DNA from: the human T2T-CHM13v2.0 reference genome, Homo sapiens
Assembly: GCF_009914755.1 (NCBI RefSeq)
Contig: NC_060931.1
Length of the DNA: 64,000 nt
Direction: 5' to 3' (one strand)
Shown here: positions 41,455 to 54,999 of the stretch, one piece after another
Position numbering within the stretch: the stretch's first letter is position 1
Layout: the number at the start of each line of letters is the position of its first letter
Made by a program: the position numbers and the translations under genes
Notes under the pieces: generated by a model
Database searches by the model: none
What the model saw: the letters and a program-made list of their open reading frames with translations, nothing else
What the model was told of the DNA's origin: nothing

Positions 41455-42807
41455 AAAGTTATCACATTTCAATATAATAAGAGCCATCCGTGACAAACCA
41501 TCTATGATATATTTGTATGGATATACAAATATATCTCCATGCATATATATATATATATATATGTAAATCTTTTGTCTTCTGCTATCCTTGAACAGAGGAT
41601 TATATAAAACATAATGCATGCCCAGCAGTTGTTTTAATACAGTTGAACTTCCTTTGTTCAACAAGAAGAAGCAAATTGCTCTTCCTTTGTATCTGCCTTT
41701 TAAAGAAGCTGTGATTTGTGATTCTGCAGTTTTTGCTTTAAGCGGTACTTCCATATGTATCCCCACTTCTACTTCTGCATCCCTGAGTTGATGCATTGCC
41801 GGCTCAATTTCCCATACCCCATTGGTTTCTATAAAAAGTTAAGGTTGGTGTCTTCTTATAGCATTCCTTTTAAACCTCTGGAATCTTCATGTCCCAAATT
41901 GTTTTTCATAAATATTTACTTAAGAATCCAATAGCAGTCCTTTTCCGTTTTACTATTTTCTTGGTTTCTTGCTTGGTAGATTGGTTATGTTATTTGGCTA
42001 CATTTTAGGTTAACCTTTTTTGAATTCAGTGTTGACATAGTTGGCTTATAGACTATAGTTGGCTTGGTTTTGAAAAGACATGCAGAAAATGAGCAAGAAC
42101 TATTTTAAAAGGGTTACATAATATGACATAGTAACAACAGAAAAAATGGAAAAGGGTTACATAGCATGACATAGAAAGAAAAAATAATATTTGCTGAGAT
42201 ACAAAATAAAATAGAATCATATCGGTGATAACACATCTTAACAGAAGTACATACCAATCAATGTTTTCAATTATACAAAATTCTTCCATCTGGTACAATT
42301 CTGGCAAGAAAATAAATACTAAGGTGGAGAACTGAATCTCATTTTACAGAGTTAATAACAATAATAAAGAAGAGTAAAAAAAACTATTCTCGTGTGCTAA
42401 TTTCTTTTGCAATAGTGTACAGCTGGGTTTTATCTTTTATTGTGTATATTATTTAAGATTTATTTTTTTAAAAAGCTTTGATCATGTAGTTTTTCTACAT
42501 CTGGTTCTATTTGACACTTGCTATAGAGAGTGTATGAAAGGTCATGAACATTAATACCCCAAAGAGAGAGGATTTCTATAAAATATACATGTATATTATT
42601 TATGCACACTTTAATTGCCATTTCTATTGTCTTAACAAATGTCTATCAGTATGATATAAAGTGGTGTAAAGTAAACTGGTTAAACTTATGTTACTTTAAT
42701 TCTGAATTTCACTTTTGGTTATTTAATTCCTGTTTTATCAATCTACTATATTGAAATACGTTCAAAAATATATTTTTTTTTATTCTGTTACTTAACACTG
42801 GCTGGAA

Positions 42808-42985
42808 AGCAGTATAATGAGGTTAATACCAGACTTTGCTGTAATCTGGGACTCTGTGAAAGTGACTAAACTTCTCACAGACCCAGGTAACTTAGCTGAA
42901 AAAATTGGTTTAAGCATAGCCTCACTTCATGGAGTGACTGTAAGGATTTAAAGACATAACGCACTGCAATGCTAGGTCAATGCAG
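42808..42985 (+). mobile_element. MIR (its 3' end resumes near 43550)
   Basis: GCAGTATAATGAGGTTAA...GTAAGGATTTAA. The tail AGTACTCAAAAATGTTAGCTGTTATT lies at ~43556-43582. Confidence 0.5.
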
Positions 42986-43039
42986 GGAGTGGACAGAACA
43001 AGCTCCTCTTCCACCTATCTGCCCTAAATATCCATTTAA

Positions 43040-43497
43040 TGTAATTGTGACAACATGGCTGAACCTGGAGAATTTATGCTAAATGAAAGAAGCCAGTCAC
43101 AGAAAGACAAATATTGCAAGATATCACTTATATGTGGAATCTTAGAAAGTTAAACACAGAGTATCAAAGACAGAATGGTGGTTAACACATGGGCTAGGGC
43201 AGAGGGGAAATGAAGTGATGCTGGTCAAAGAATACAAAATTTCAGTTATGCAGAATGATTCAGATCTGGAGGTGACTATGGTGTATAATATTCTACTACA
43301 TACTTGAAATTTGCTAAAAGAGTAGATTTTAAATAATCTCACCACAAAAAGAAAAAAGGTAACTATGTGAATTGAACAGTATGTTAATTAGCCTGATTGT
43401 GGTAATCAATTCACCATATATATATACCAAAACATGTTGTGTAACTTTATTGCCTACAATTTTATTTGCCAATTGTACCTGAATAAAGCTGGAAAAG
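43040..43497 (+). mobile_element. L1MA/MB 3' end
   Basis: ACAACATGGCTGAACCTGGAG...AGCCAGTCACAGAAAGACAAATA...AATAAAGCTGGAAAA. Confidence 0.85.
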
Positions 43498-44128
43498 TAA
43501 TGAGATAAAAGAAAAGATATACACTGAAACTATCCGGAAAGGTAGATTACACTTAAGTACTCAAAAATGTTAGCTGTTATTATTATTTTTCTTTACAAAT
43601 ACATTGCTCATGTCCATAATTTATTTTAAGATAAAGTGCATCTGTATATCACTGTTATCATAGCTGTCTATGTTATCAAGCAAGATTTATGATTAGTGAA
43701 TTTCAGAATCTGCCCAAACGCTATGTTATTTTGTTTCAAAATAAATGTTCTATAACTTACTCATTGAGAGAAAAATTTATTTGAAAAATGTAAAGTATAG
43801 AAGAACAAAAAATAGGATGCTATCTTTCTATTATAAAAACAGAAAATAAGATTATACATGTATATATGTGTTTATTTTTTGTATGCATGCATAAACACAC
43901 ACACATATGCATACGCACTCAAGAAGGAAAAGACTAAACAATGATACGTGATAATGGGGATGAGAACAAGACTCATAGAATATTATATTTTTCAACATAA
44001 TTTTGACATTAGAACTATGTACATTTTACACATTTGAAATATAAAAGTTATAAAAAGAAAAAAATGCAGTTAATAAGTAACATAACCATGCAAGAGAATA
44101 CATTATTATTTGAGGTAACTTTACAACA

Positions 44129-44543
44129 TTGTGCTAACATGACTGTATCTGAAGCCAAATATTCTATAGTGAGATATACTCTATTACTTGAAATAACAGT
44201 TATTGTATGTTAGAGATACACCCAATAATTAGATACCTAAATCTCTTACTTGTGTCAAAATATTATGTTTTAAAATATTATGATGTTTACTTGTGTCAAA
44301 ATATTATGATGTTTTAATCTTTTACTTGTGTCAAAATATGATGATGTTTTAAAACTTTTACTTGTGTCAAAATATTATGATGTTTTCATATTATGATGTT
44401 TTGTGCTAACATGACTGTACCTGAAGGCAAATATTCTATAGTGAGATATACTCTATTACTTGAAATAACAGTTATTGTAGGTTAGGGATATGCTCAATAA
44501 TTAGATACCTAAATATTTTACTTGTGTCAAAATATTATGTTTT
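44129..44543. repeat. 143-bp direct repeat pair with an internal ~30-35-bp minisatellite
   Basis: 44129-44271 matches 44401-44543. TTACTTGTGTCAAAATAT occurs five times. Confidence 0.92.
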
Positions 44544-45402
44544 TAAGTTGGAGATTAGCCCCTACGATTTCTTAATAATAAAATGACATGTAAATGGCTC
44601 AAACTTTCCTAACACTTGATTTTCTTCACTTTATGGAAAAAGATATTGATTATAAATATCTTATTTATTGATATAAATTGATATAAATTAAGTCATATGT
44701 TAAAACCACGTTAAATGTTACTACAAAATATGACGCAAAGTATTTTTCTGGTACTGAATGCGATCAAAATAACAAAAGGGGCATTGAATTCCATTTGCAC
44801 TCTTTCCCATGTTGGAACTTAGTTTTACTCTTTTGATTAAAATATTTGTTGGCTTTGAATTTAAAATGACACTGAATATAGTTTCAGTGAGATTTTTTTC
44901 CTAATTTCTTGATCAACTTATTTCCCTAAATCCATAGTTGTCTTGTGGAGATCGTAAACACCTGCAGCCATTTCCAAGAACTATACTTTTGAGTTAAGGC
45001 CTCCAAACTAGAAAATATATGGATTTCTGATCAAACTGTCATTCTAAGTTTGTACATTTTTGGCCACTCTTGCTTCAAATATAAGCAATAATAGGTAAAA
45101 TACCTAAGGGAAAAATCAGAATGACATAGTTTTCTTTTACAAAACAAAAAAAAAAAAATCAAAGTACCATGAACAAACAAGGAAAACTACAGAATACAAA
45201 GTACATGAGTGTATATAACATAATTATCACATATATGTTAGATAATAGCAATGTTACATGTAATGGACAATAAGATATACTGAAATGGTAATTCATAAAG
45301 CCGTTCTAGTCCAGTTTTATTATAACTTAATGTGTCCTTTTGGTGAAAGGGATTTTTACTAGACCGTCTGTCCAAGTCTTAAACTAGAGAGCATTGTCTG
45401 TG

Positions 45403-45627
45403 TTTTTTTTTTTCTTTTTTCTTTTTTTCTTTTTTTTTATTATTATTATACTTTTAAGTTTTAGGGTACATGTGCACATTGTGCAGGTTAGTTACGTATG
45501 TATACATGTGCCATGCTGGTGCGCTGCACCCACTAACTTGTCATCTAGCATTAGGTGTATCTCCCAATGCTGTCCCTCCCCCCTCCCCCCACCCCACAAC
45601 AGTCCCCAGAGTGTGATATTCCCCTTC
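45403..45627 (-). mobile_element. Short L1PA2-type 3' end
   Basis: The reverse complement reads AAGGGGAATATCACACTCTGGGG...GCTAGATGACAAGTTAGTGGGTGCAGCGCACCAGC...ACCCTAAAACTT plus an A-tail. It lacks the L1HS-Ta ACA and G diagnostics. Confidence 0.9.
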
Positions 45628-47734
45628 TCAATTTTTGAGACAAATTTCTCAATTTCTTATTCACTTTCAATAAATTGTATAGTAATAAATTACTTTTGAT
45701 TTATTAGGAAATTATTGAGAATATAATATTGCTTAGGATCAGGAAGAAATAATTCAGAGAGAAAGAGTTTATACCTGTGAATGACAATAGAGATGGTTGG
45801 AACTTTGATTTCATAATTTCAAAACATCTTATAAAATCTATAAAATATAGGAATGGAGATACTTTTTTTCTCTTGGTTAAAAAAAAAATTCAGTTTTTAA
45901 AGTAACAAATTCCACAACAAAAATTTTAGGAATTACAACGTAATTAAAAAAATAGAAAAAAGTTTTCATATTTTCTTTCAGTCTTTTAAAACTATTTTAT
46001 ATAGTTGTGACTAAATGCCGTATGTTTGTGTTTGTACAGATGTAAATGTCCTAACATTTCCTTCATTTTCTATTTCATATTCCACTTTTTTCCTTAACAT
46101 TACAGAGTAATATTTTTATGTTATTATGAATTTGTTTTAATTCTGTTAGTTACATAATATTCTGTAAGTGCTATTTGTTATTAACAATTATTGTATTTTT
46201 GTACACTGAGGAATTTCCAAATATACCTCTAATGGACAAAAGATAACTTGATCTTTTACTTCAATATTTTAATTACATTTATAAGAATAAATTTCCAGAA
46301 GTGGGAATCCTGGGTCAAATGGAACATTTTTTAAAACAAATGGAATACAAAAGTAGTCTTTAGGTGTTGCCACTTGCAATTCTCCAAATGACTTAAATAT
46401 CACAACTCAAATGTTGTAGTGTTAAAGCATTTTTTTCCTTTTTATAGCTGTACAACCATCTCTTGATCAGCAAAGAAAAAAAATTAAATGTCTGCAAATC
46501 TTACATTGATATAGACTCATATTTTCAGCCTGTTATGATGATTGCCATCAAGGGAAATAAATATAAAAAAACAATTAGAAACTGGATCATGCTGTAAAGG
46601 TTTTGGAAGGCAGCTGAAGAAACGGGCTTGAGTAAGTTCTTTGTCTTCATTTTCCTTATCTGAAAAATGAGCTATTAATTATTTCCATAGCGATATTCCT
46701 AGGTTAAATAATGTTAGATAAAGCCACTCTTCTCTGGATGTCCTTGCCTTCCCATTCCATTTTCAAAATCAGATATGAAGACGCGTGTACCTGTGGATTA
46801 AACACGAACTGTGAGCTTTCCTGTCTTTGGCCAGGAAGAGTTCATTGCTAGGGTATTTGTAGTCAAGACAAAGCTTCATAATTGAGAACTGCTGGCTTCA
46901 GGTCAGAAACATGGACAAATGACTCAGTTACCCATATGTCCAGAGAGGCTTCAGTGGATGGATTCTCTTGGTATTACAATATTTATGTATCATCTTTTTC
47001 ATAAAAGATGAAATTTTCTGAAAATAAAGAAAAATTTTCCTTCCCACAATTAAAAATTGCTGAAGGAATTTTCTCTGTTTTAAAGGGAATTATCTTTTCT
47101 CCCGTATAGTATTTTTTGTATTTAGTATTATAAATTAAATTTTATAATATTTCTACTACATGTACAACTTTATTTTTTAATCAGCATCATTCTTTATTTT
47201 AAATATTCTTCGTATTTTAGTATCTTATCTAGAAAATATTCCTACTTAAATTAATTCATTACTTAATAATTGTGCAAAATTTTAAAAATTATTTTCTATA
47301 ATTTGAGCCTATTATGTTTAATCAGTCAAAATAACAATGGGAATTATCAAGGTTTACTTTTAGAATACTTGACTATGTTTTATAGTGTAAGTACAGAACT
47401 ATGAATCAAAAGTCCTAAGTTTTCAAAGATGCTATCACTTTATTATAAATTGATCTCATTTAATTTTCATCCAAAGTCTAGACATTGCTTTATTACACAT
47501 TTTACAGGTAAGGTAATTTGGCTCCCAGAGATTAACTTTGTCTAAAAAATTCATTCTTCTATTATACCATCCTACCTCGTATTAAATATTGGGTAGAAAG
47601 AGGGTAAAATATTGAGCCCTAGATGAAAATATAAGCTTGTATTTTATATGTTAATCTTGATATTTACCATGTCTTGTGATGTGCTTCTCTATACAGAGTT
47701 TTAAATAGTAGCTTGGATGGAAAAAAATCTGAGC

Positions 47735-47815
47735 AAAGAAAAGGAAGAAAGGAAGGAAAAGAAAGAAGGAAGGAACAAAGGGAGGGAGGGAGGGAGAGAG
47801 GGAGGAAGGAAGAGC
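47735..47815. repeat. GA-rich (GGAA/GGGA) tract
   Basis: Read directly from the sequence. Confidence 0.85.
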
Positions 47816-48559
47816 AGGCTAGAGTGAGATTTATGGACATACCAGCCAGAGTTTGAGAGAATTATGAGAAAAGACATGACTATGATAACTTATAAATAAA
47901 ATGAAAGAAGGAAGTTGACAAAGGTAAGCCTGAAATAATAAAATATGTAAAGGAATAATTTAAACACACTCGATATTTTGTAATAGTTTATGAATAGAGC
48001 TTGTGTTCTACCACATCCTGGCTTATGAGCTGAGCATCATGCACTGCTTTCATTCAGTTCCACGCAGATGCAGCATGTTGCTTTCTTTCCAATACCTTCA
48101 TTGTCTCTACATGTGCCTTCCAGTGCCCTACGATAAATTCTGGGAAAATGTGAGTTCCCTGGATTATTGAAAAAGATGGTTGTCTACAAAGAATAATTTA
48201 GCAAAATTTAGCAAAATCTTGTGCCAATGGCAATTATCTGTCTTATTGGGTAGTCCGTGGGCAATTGCCAATGACAAGTCCTCCCCAAGTCAAATAGAAC
48301 TTCTAACATACTCAATGGTGTGAATGGCACTCACTTGGCTGCTGAATACATAGCCTGCAGGTTCTAGAAAAATTTCCTTAAGGCTTCTTATGCTTGGTGA
48401 AAATAAAATTTACTTAAATTGAGATTAGGGAGTTTTTCAATATTGATACTACTTTTATTCATGAGATATATTCAGGTTTGGTTTCCTAGTCCTATGTAAA
48501 TCTAGCCCTTCTCTCTCTTCCTTTATTTATAATCTCAGAGTCTGGAAATTTCTTCTAAG

Positions 48560-49330
48560 CAAGATAGCAAAACTCAGAAAACATTTGGAAAAGATTGGAC
48601 AATTCTACTAAAATGCAAAGCAAATAAAGTAAAAAATCTCTATGCGGCAAAAAATTACCTACATAGAGTTAACGATTAACAAGAAATTTGGAAATACACT
48701 CACAACTCAGTTAATAGCTATTATGCCAAAAAATCTCATATAACTTTGTTTAAAATTACCAATAATTAAATGACATAAGTGGCAAGAGAATGAGCAGGCA
48801 CTTTATAGAAAAATAAATTCCAGTGGTGAATATATATGCATACTATATTCCCCTTACAATTAAGTAAAAATTATGATAGGCTTAATTTATAAGATTAGTA
48901 AGTATGCTAGGAGTTTCCGATAATAAGTGATAGCAAAACTTTAGAAAAAATGGTCACTTTCCTACAGTGTTGGGAAAGTGAATTGGTGCAAACTTTCTGC
49001 ATGACATTTTGACAATGTAAACATGTATACACATTTGGTCACAGCAATATTGCAGCTGGGAATTTACCTGTTGAATATATTCCCAAAAGACAACTGTTTA
49101 ATAAGTACCTTTATGTTACTGTTTCTAATAGCAAACTGTTAGAAAAAAAAAATCAAAACATTCAATAGAATATTCTCTAAAAAAACACACCGGAGTTATG
49201 TTTAAATAATTTTGCTGCTGTTTAAAAGAAGTGGGAAGATTTGCTCTGCTGAAACTGAAGTTTTTCACATACATTTTAAATTTGGAAAAAGCAATGTGCA
49301 GGACACTGTGGATAGTAAACTACCTTCTGT
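48560..49330 (+). mobile_element. Ancient L1ME ORF2 3' remnant
   Basis: GTTGGGAAAGTGAATTGGTGCAAACTTTCTG...CAGCAAT...GGGAATTTACC. Confidence 0.6.
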
Positions 49331-49500
49331 GTAATAGTGGCCACCTTGCTTTTTTTTGGAACACATAATACAATCCAACTGTTTTATCTGTATCTTTCAC
49401 ATAATCACCTTCCCATCTAATCCAAGCTGTTTCCCTGAGCCTTCAATTGTCTTGCACTCTGTTATCATGGATCTAGTTCACAACAAGAATTTCATTACCG

Positions 49501-49838
49501 GGCCAGGCGCGGTGGCTCACGCCTGTAATCCCAGCACTTTGGGAGGCCAAGGTAGGCGGATCATGAGGTCAGGAGATCAAGACCATCCTGGCCAACATGG
49601 TGAAACCTCGTCTTTACTAAAAATAAAAAATAAAAATAAAAAAATAGCCAGGCGTAGTGGCATGCGCCTATAGTCCCAGCTACTCAGGAGGCTGAGGCAG
49701 GAGAATCTCTTGAACCCAGGAGGCGGAGATTACAGCGAGCCGAGATCGCACCACTGCACTCCAGCCTGGGCGACAGAGTGAAACTCCGTCTCAAAAAAAC
49801 AAACAAACAAACAAACAAACAAACAAACAAAAGAACAA
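49501..49838 (+). mobile_element. AluSc-like with (AAAC)n tail
   Basis: GGATCATGAGGTCAGGAGATCAAGACCATCCTGGCCAACATGG. TSD AAGAATTTCATTACC (49485-49499) / AAGAATTTCGTTACC (49839-49853). Confidence 0.95.
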
Positions 49839-50124
49839 AAGAATTTCGTTACCAGACGCGTTCCTGCTCTATGTTTTGAATCACTGATTTATAGCCTCAT
49901 AAATATTTTGCATTAAGCCTATCTGAATAAAACAACACACTGCTGCGCTCATATTCAACTTCCTTTGTCTGCTTTTTATTTGTTTGATAAAGCTTCTCGT
50001 AAGTAATCTGGTAATTAATACAATTAATTAATTCTTTAGAAGTGTGGTTCTTTATATTAAGCCACACAACATGACCCAACAACTTTGATAAATAGCAATG
50101 CTTTGCTTTGGACCCTGATGACCT

Positions 50125-50638
50125 TAAAAGTATAGTTATTTATCTCCACCCCCTCTAAATGTAGCAGCTTAGAACAAGCATTTATCTCAAAGTTTCTGTG
50201 GGTCTAAAATCTGGGAGCAGTTTAGCTGGGTGGTTCCAGCTCAAGGTATCTCAGGAGGTGACAGGCAAGCTGTTAGCTGCAGCTGTGGTCCTCTCAAGGC
50301 TCAGCTGGGTCTGAAGACACTGCTTCTAAGCTGGTTCACCTGGTTGTTGACCAACCTCAGATCCTCCTGGCTGTTGGCTAGAGGCTTCCATTTCTCCCCA
50401 CATCCCTGCCTGAATGTCTTCTCAGGGTGGTGGCTGGCTTTTCCCCAGGGAGAGTGATTCGAAGGAGAGGGCAAATTCAAGATAGAAGCTGCAGTCTTGT
50501 TATAATCTGATCTCAGCAGTGATACACCCCATCACTTCTGTCATAAGCTGTTAGAATCAAGTCACTAGGTCCATCTCCAACTCAAGGTTAATCATCATTA
50601 AATATCAAAGAATTTTTGTATACATTTTTGAAACACCT
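50125..50638 (-). mobile_element. MLT1 (H-like) LTR
   Basis: GTTTCTGTGGGTC...TCTGGGAGCAGTTTAGCTGGGTGGTTC...CATCACTTCTG...AAGTCACTAGGTCCA. Confidence 0.75.
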
Positions 50639-52429
50639 TCCTCAGAAAACAGAACCATTGAATTGTCCATTTGTTCTTCAATATGTCATAATTTATAACT
50701 TCAAATAAGTAACTATGGATAAAAATGAATCTATAATAAAACAACATAAAGAGCACTGCTCCACCTGTACATTGCAATATTGTTGGTTAATCACTAATGT
50801 AAATAATCCAGCATTGATAAATAGCTTTTCATTAGGTATAAAACATGCCCTTTGATTTAGGCAATTTCCTTCACATTGACATTTTTGTATCTTCCCATCA
50901 ATCAAAATAGCTATATGAAGAGTATTTTATATCCATATATTTTTTAGGGAAACTGAAACCTCTAACCAAAAACGTTCACACTTTTCAGAATTCTGCAGGT
51001 GTTACTTCATCTTTCACATTTTTATTAACTTGAAAACATGTATACAGTATTTCATATATTTGGAGAGCAATGAATAATTGAATATTACTTCATGGACACA
51101 AAGTAATTGAAAATATTCAAAGTCAAAATGAATCTTAATAAACTTACAATACTTAAATTATATTTTCAAAAAAGTAAATATTTTCAGTTTTATTTAGATT
51201 CATATAATTTATTTCCATCCACAACCATCACATTGGATGTTTCCCACATGTCGTGAATTAGGCAAAACTTAAATTAAATTAACACATTTTTATCTGAGGA
51301 TTTTTTATGTGATAATTTACACAAGTGTTCCTACACTTTTTCCTTATTCATAGTATTTAGCCTATTGCAGAGGTAAAGTTACATATTTTACTGAACTCCC
51401 TGTATGTCTACTCTTTCCTTTCTAGCTAAGGAAAGTATGTCATGATGTTGCTGTTTTTTTAACTATACATATCTTTCATCCCTATATCTATTCCTCTTTT
51501 ATAATAGTAGCTTTATACAAAATCCACCAAGAATATTGACAGGGGCCACAGGAGCAACTGAAATACGAAACTCTCAGGACAGGATGTCTCAGTGGATTAG
51601 ATTAAGAACATTGGACTAGGAAATCTAATGACATAATATATCAGGAAAACCAGGAGGAAGACAGGGAGCTTAAAGTAGTGTTTCAGAAGGGTCCACAGGA
51701 CTGAGAAATGGGCTTGAAACAAGGAAAGATGGTAATTCTAGTCCTTAGTTAGAGTAAAAGGAAAGCTGTAGAGTTACTCAGGTTAGAAGTTAGACTAGAG
51801 GAAACCCAGAGGGTGATTAACAGATCTTCAGTAAAATGCCTGTTCAAAGAAACAAAACAGAAACATACTCATTGGCTTGACCAGGTGCTAGAGCAGCTAG
51901 ACTGACTCAACACAGGGTTGAATGAGCACTGAATTACAGTATTTTATATATATATATTATATTTATATTGTATATTTAAGTATAGAAGGCAAAATGTATA
52001 TACTATACTGAGATTAGGAAAAACTAGTTTAACTTTTACATATGCTACCAGTTTTATATGGTATATCCAAAGCATGCAAATAGCCATAATATTTTGGTAG
52101 CATCTAGGGACTTTCCTACATGCTCGTCTGACCCATGTCAGAGTTTGTGAATGTCACCTCTTGCTACAATCAGCCCTCTATCACATCTATTTGCACTTAG
52201 CACCCAGTGTTCACAAGTTTTTCTACTCTATCCTCTGGAATGTTAAGGAAATTAACAAAGAAAATATTTGCACATCACACTCCCTTTCTAGTAGGATATG
52301 GAATTGCTTTTTGTCTGCACAGCTGTGTTAACAGCAGCAGCCTCTTGCATATTCCTCATTGAATTCCAGCCTCAATGATACCTTTTTCTCAAGTCACTTA
52401 GGTATTTTGGATTTTTAAAATACTTATCT

Positions 52430-52560
52430 GCATGGTGTGCTAGATCCAGCTCTCATTGGTTTGTAAGAACTGATTGTTCAGTTTTCAGGAAATTTATAAA
52501 ACTGGGATTAAACTGTTAGTAGCTAGAAATGGGCCTGGTGGAATATTAATCTCTATCACC
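52430..52560 (+). mobile_element. MER63-like hAT fragment
   Basis: TGGTGTGCTAGATCCAGCT...GATTGTT...GTAGCTAGAAATGGGCCTGGTGG. Confidence 0.5.
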
Positions 52561-53429
52561 ACCCTGAGTCCCCACACAGGCCTTTGGATCTCAGGAGGAG
52601 GCTGCCTTCTAATAGTCAGTCTGCTTTCTCAGCTGATTTCTGCCAAAAGTTTATTTTTGGGAACCTGGCTTGCAGACCTGCCTTCCTAACCTTTTGGGAA
52701 GAATGGTTTTGTTGTACCCTTACTCTGCTTGAAATTACCATATTCTCTGCCTAAACTTTTACAGTTCTCTCCCTTGTGCCTCATACATGTCTACAGTTAG
52801 GATAGAATTCTTGGGCCCTTCTTTAATTCTGGTTTGTGATTATTAACTTCCTTGAGTTACCACTTTTCCCTCCTTCTTTTCTATCTTCTTAACACTTTCT
52901 AGCCCTTTCAACCCCTATCTCACCAAAATTTCAGATGAGAGCTGAGCACCACACAATGCTCCTGAGAGCCAGTGCTGATGAAGATAAAAACCTTTGTAGT
53001 TAGGCAGACGTGTGAGAATTTGATTCCTTCTTTGATGCTTTACTGGCTCTTTTTTCTACCATAAGTTTAGAAAACTCATTTTTGTAACCTGTAAAGACTG
53101 AGACAATAGGGCTCATTGTGCACACAGAATTCCAGTCTGTACCAGATCAGAATCATATGGATCATTAATCGGGAATATGGAAAAAAGTTTCCTTGGCACT
53201 ATAACAAAACACCTATTTGAAAAGTCAGAGTCAATCTGTCAGCATGGCTACATGATGTCACACAGATTGACTTGGTTTTGAAAAGTGAATCAACCATTTG
53301 TTCTGAATTTAGATAGATAGGGTGATGACTGCCAATTGAATTTTTAGTTGAAATCACTGAATGCCTTACACATATTAGCCTATGAAATATTTATCTAGCA
53401 AAATTTAGTAAGTCACCTATAAGCACATA

Positions 53430-54130
53430 TATTTTTTTAACATAGTTTATTGATCTAATTTCACAGTCTAATTATAAATATTGTACAACTATTCAAGTAA
53501 TATAGAAGTATAAAAATATACTAAAGTTCTATTGAACTCTACTTGATCTTAATTTTGTACTTTTTTCCAAAGAAATTTATTGTCAACAATTTAATATAAA
53601 TTCTATTACTAAAATGCCTTCTTATATTTTTAAACTCTATTATAACATATCACTTTATAACCATTTTATTTAAAAATCTATCTTTTTATCTTTTCATTTC
53701 ATTACATTACATGCATACCTTACATTCACTTCATTCTGTTTCTCCTTTATTGGACGCAAAGTGTTTTAAAATGTGGTATACCACAACTTATTTAATAATT
53801 TACTTTTCAATGGATGCTTTGATTTTAATTTTTTACCATTACAAAAATATTAAAAGTTGAAAACCTGGAATATAATATGTAGCTGCATACTTTCGTAAAG
53901 TAAATTTCCAGGAATGAGATTGCTAAGTCAAAATATATATTCATACTAAATTGTGTAAGATACTTCCAAATTGTTCAACAAAATGTATATAATACACACT
54001 TATCTTCCTGTAAAAATCACATTGGAAAATCTACACTTTACCATTTTAAAGTTGTCAATCTCATTTTCTAAATTAATATTTTTACTCAATAGGTGATATG
54101 ATGATGTAAATTTATTGTTGATTTTTCTTC
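53430..54130 (-). mobile_element. Ancient L1ME 3' remnant
   Basis: GTAAATTTCCAGGAATGAGATTGCTAAGTCAAA. Confidence 0.55.
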
Positions 54131-54999
54131 TCTTCACTGTTTAATAAAAATTTTATCCTAAAGTATCAGATGTGAAAGGATGGAATAGTTCAGTATTTAG
54201 TAGAGCACTGGGCCCATAGGAAGAAATGGGGATCATCTGGTTAAAAATAAGTGCTGCCTGCGAGGGTCACGTGTAAAAGAACAATGACATGAATATTTAA
54301 CACAGGAGTAGGTAATCCTTGGGGCATAAGGTATGATTTTCCAAAGAGGTGGCCTGTACATCATTAACATTTTCAGAATAAATGTAAAGTGAGATGAGGA
54401 TAGCAATCAACCTGGAATGTAATATTTTGGAAAATACTGAACATGAGGAAGAACGCCTTAGTGTGTGAAAAAATTCTTGTCATCGAGCTATAAGGAATTC
54501 CCAAAGATCTTTTTTCCTCCAGAAATGAGATATAAAAGCCATATTGTTAAATAAGTACCAGGGTAGATTAATGGATTTAATGAAGGGGTGAAAAATAGGC
54601 AGGCAGGGAAAATACCAAAAGATCCAGAGATAGAAACTAATATACACATACTTAAAGGTAGGGTTGCTCATAATTATAAATTTGGTGATTAGACTTGATA
54701 TGTAATAGGAAGTTCTCATTAGTAGCTTCCTTTTCTTCTTTAAGAGTAATTGAAAGTTGTAATTATATGTTACCTTTACTGATCATTTGGGCTTACTCTC
54801 TTTTTTAAAGGTCCACATAAAAATCAACAATATTTAGAAATACCTTTATCTCTTGCTGCTTCTTCTCATCTCCAGGAGACAGTCTTCCTTGGCCTCCCAA
54901 TCTAGCTTCACATGCACCTTTACTAAGTTCCCATGGAATTATAACATTTATCATGCTTTATTATAAATCTAGATTTTTTCTGTATTTTTGCCTTCTATT

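Noticed and set aside
42107-42174. 25-bp direct repeat AAAAGGGTTACATA..ATGACATAG (23/25)
   Set aside because: Real, but an ordinary small local duplication with no further structure.
44246-44543. CRISPR-like repeat array
   Set aside because: Eukaryotic context, no unique spacers of regular length and no cas genes. Explained by tandem slippage.
45403-45627. Active L1HS-Ta element
   Set aside because: Only ~225 bp long, and it lacks the ACA and G diagnostic positions.
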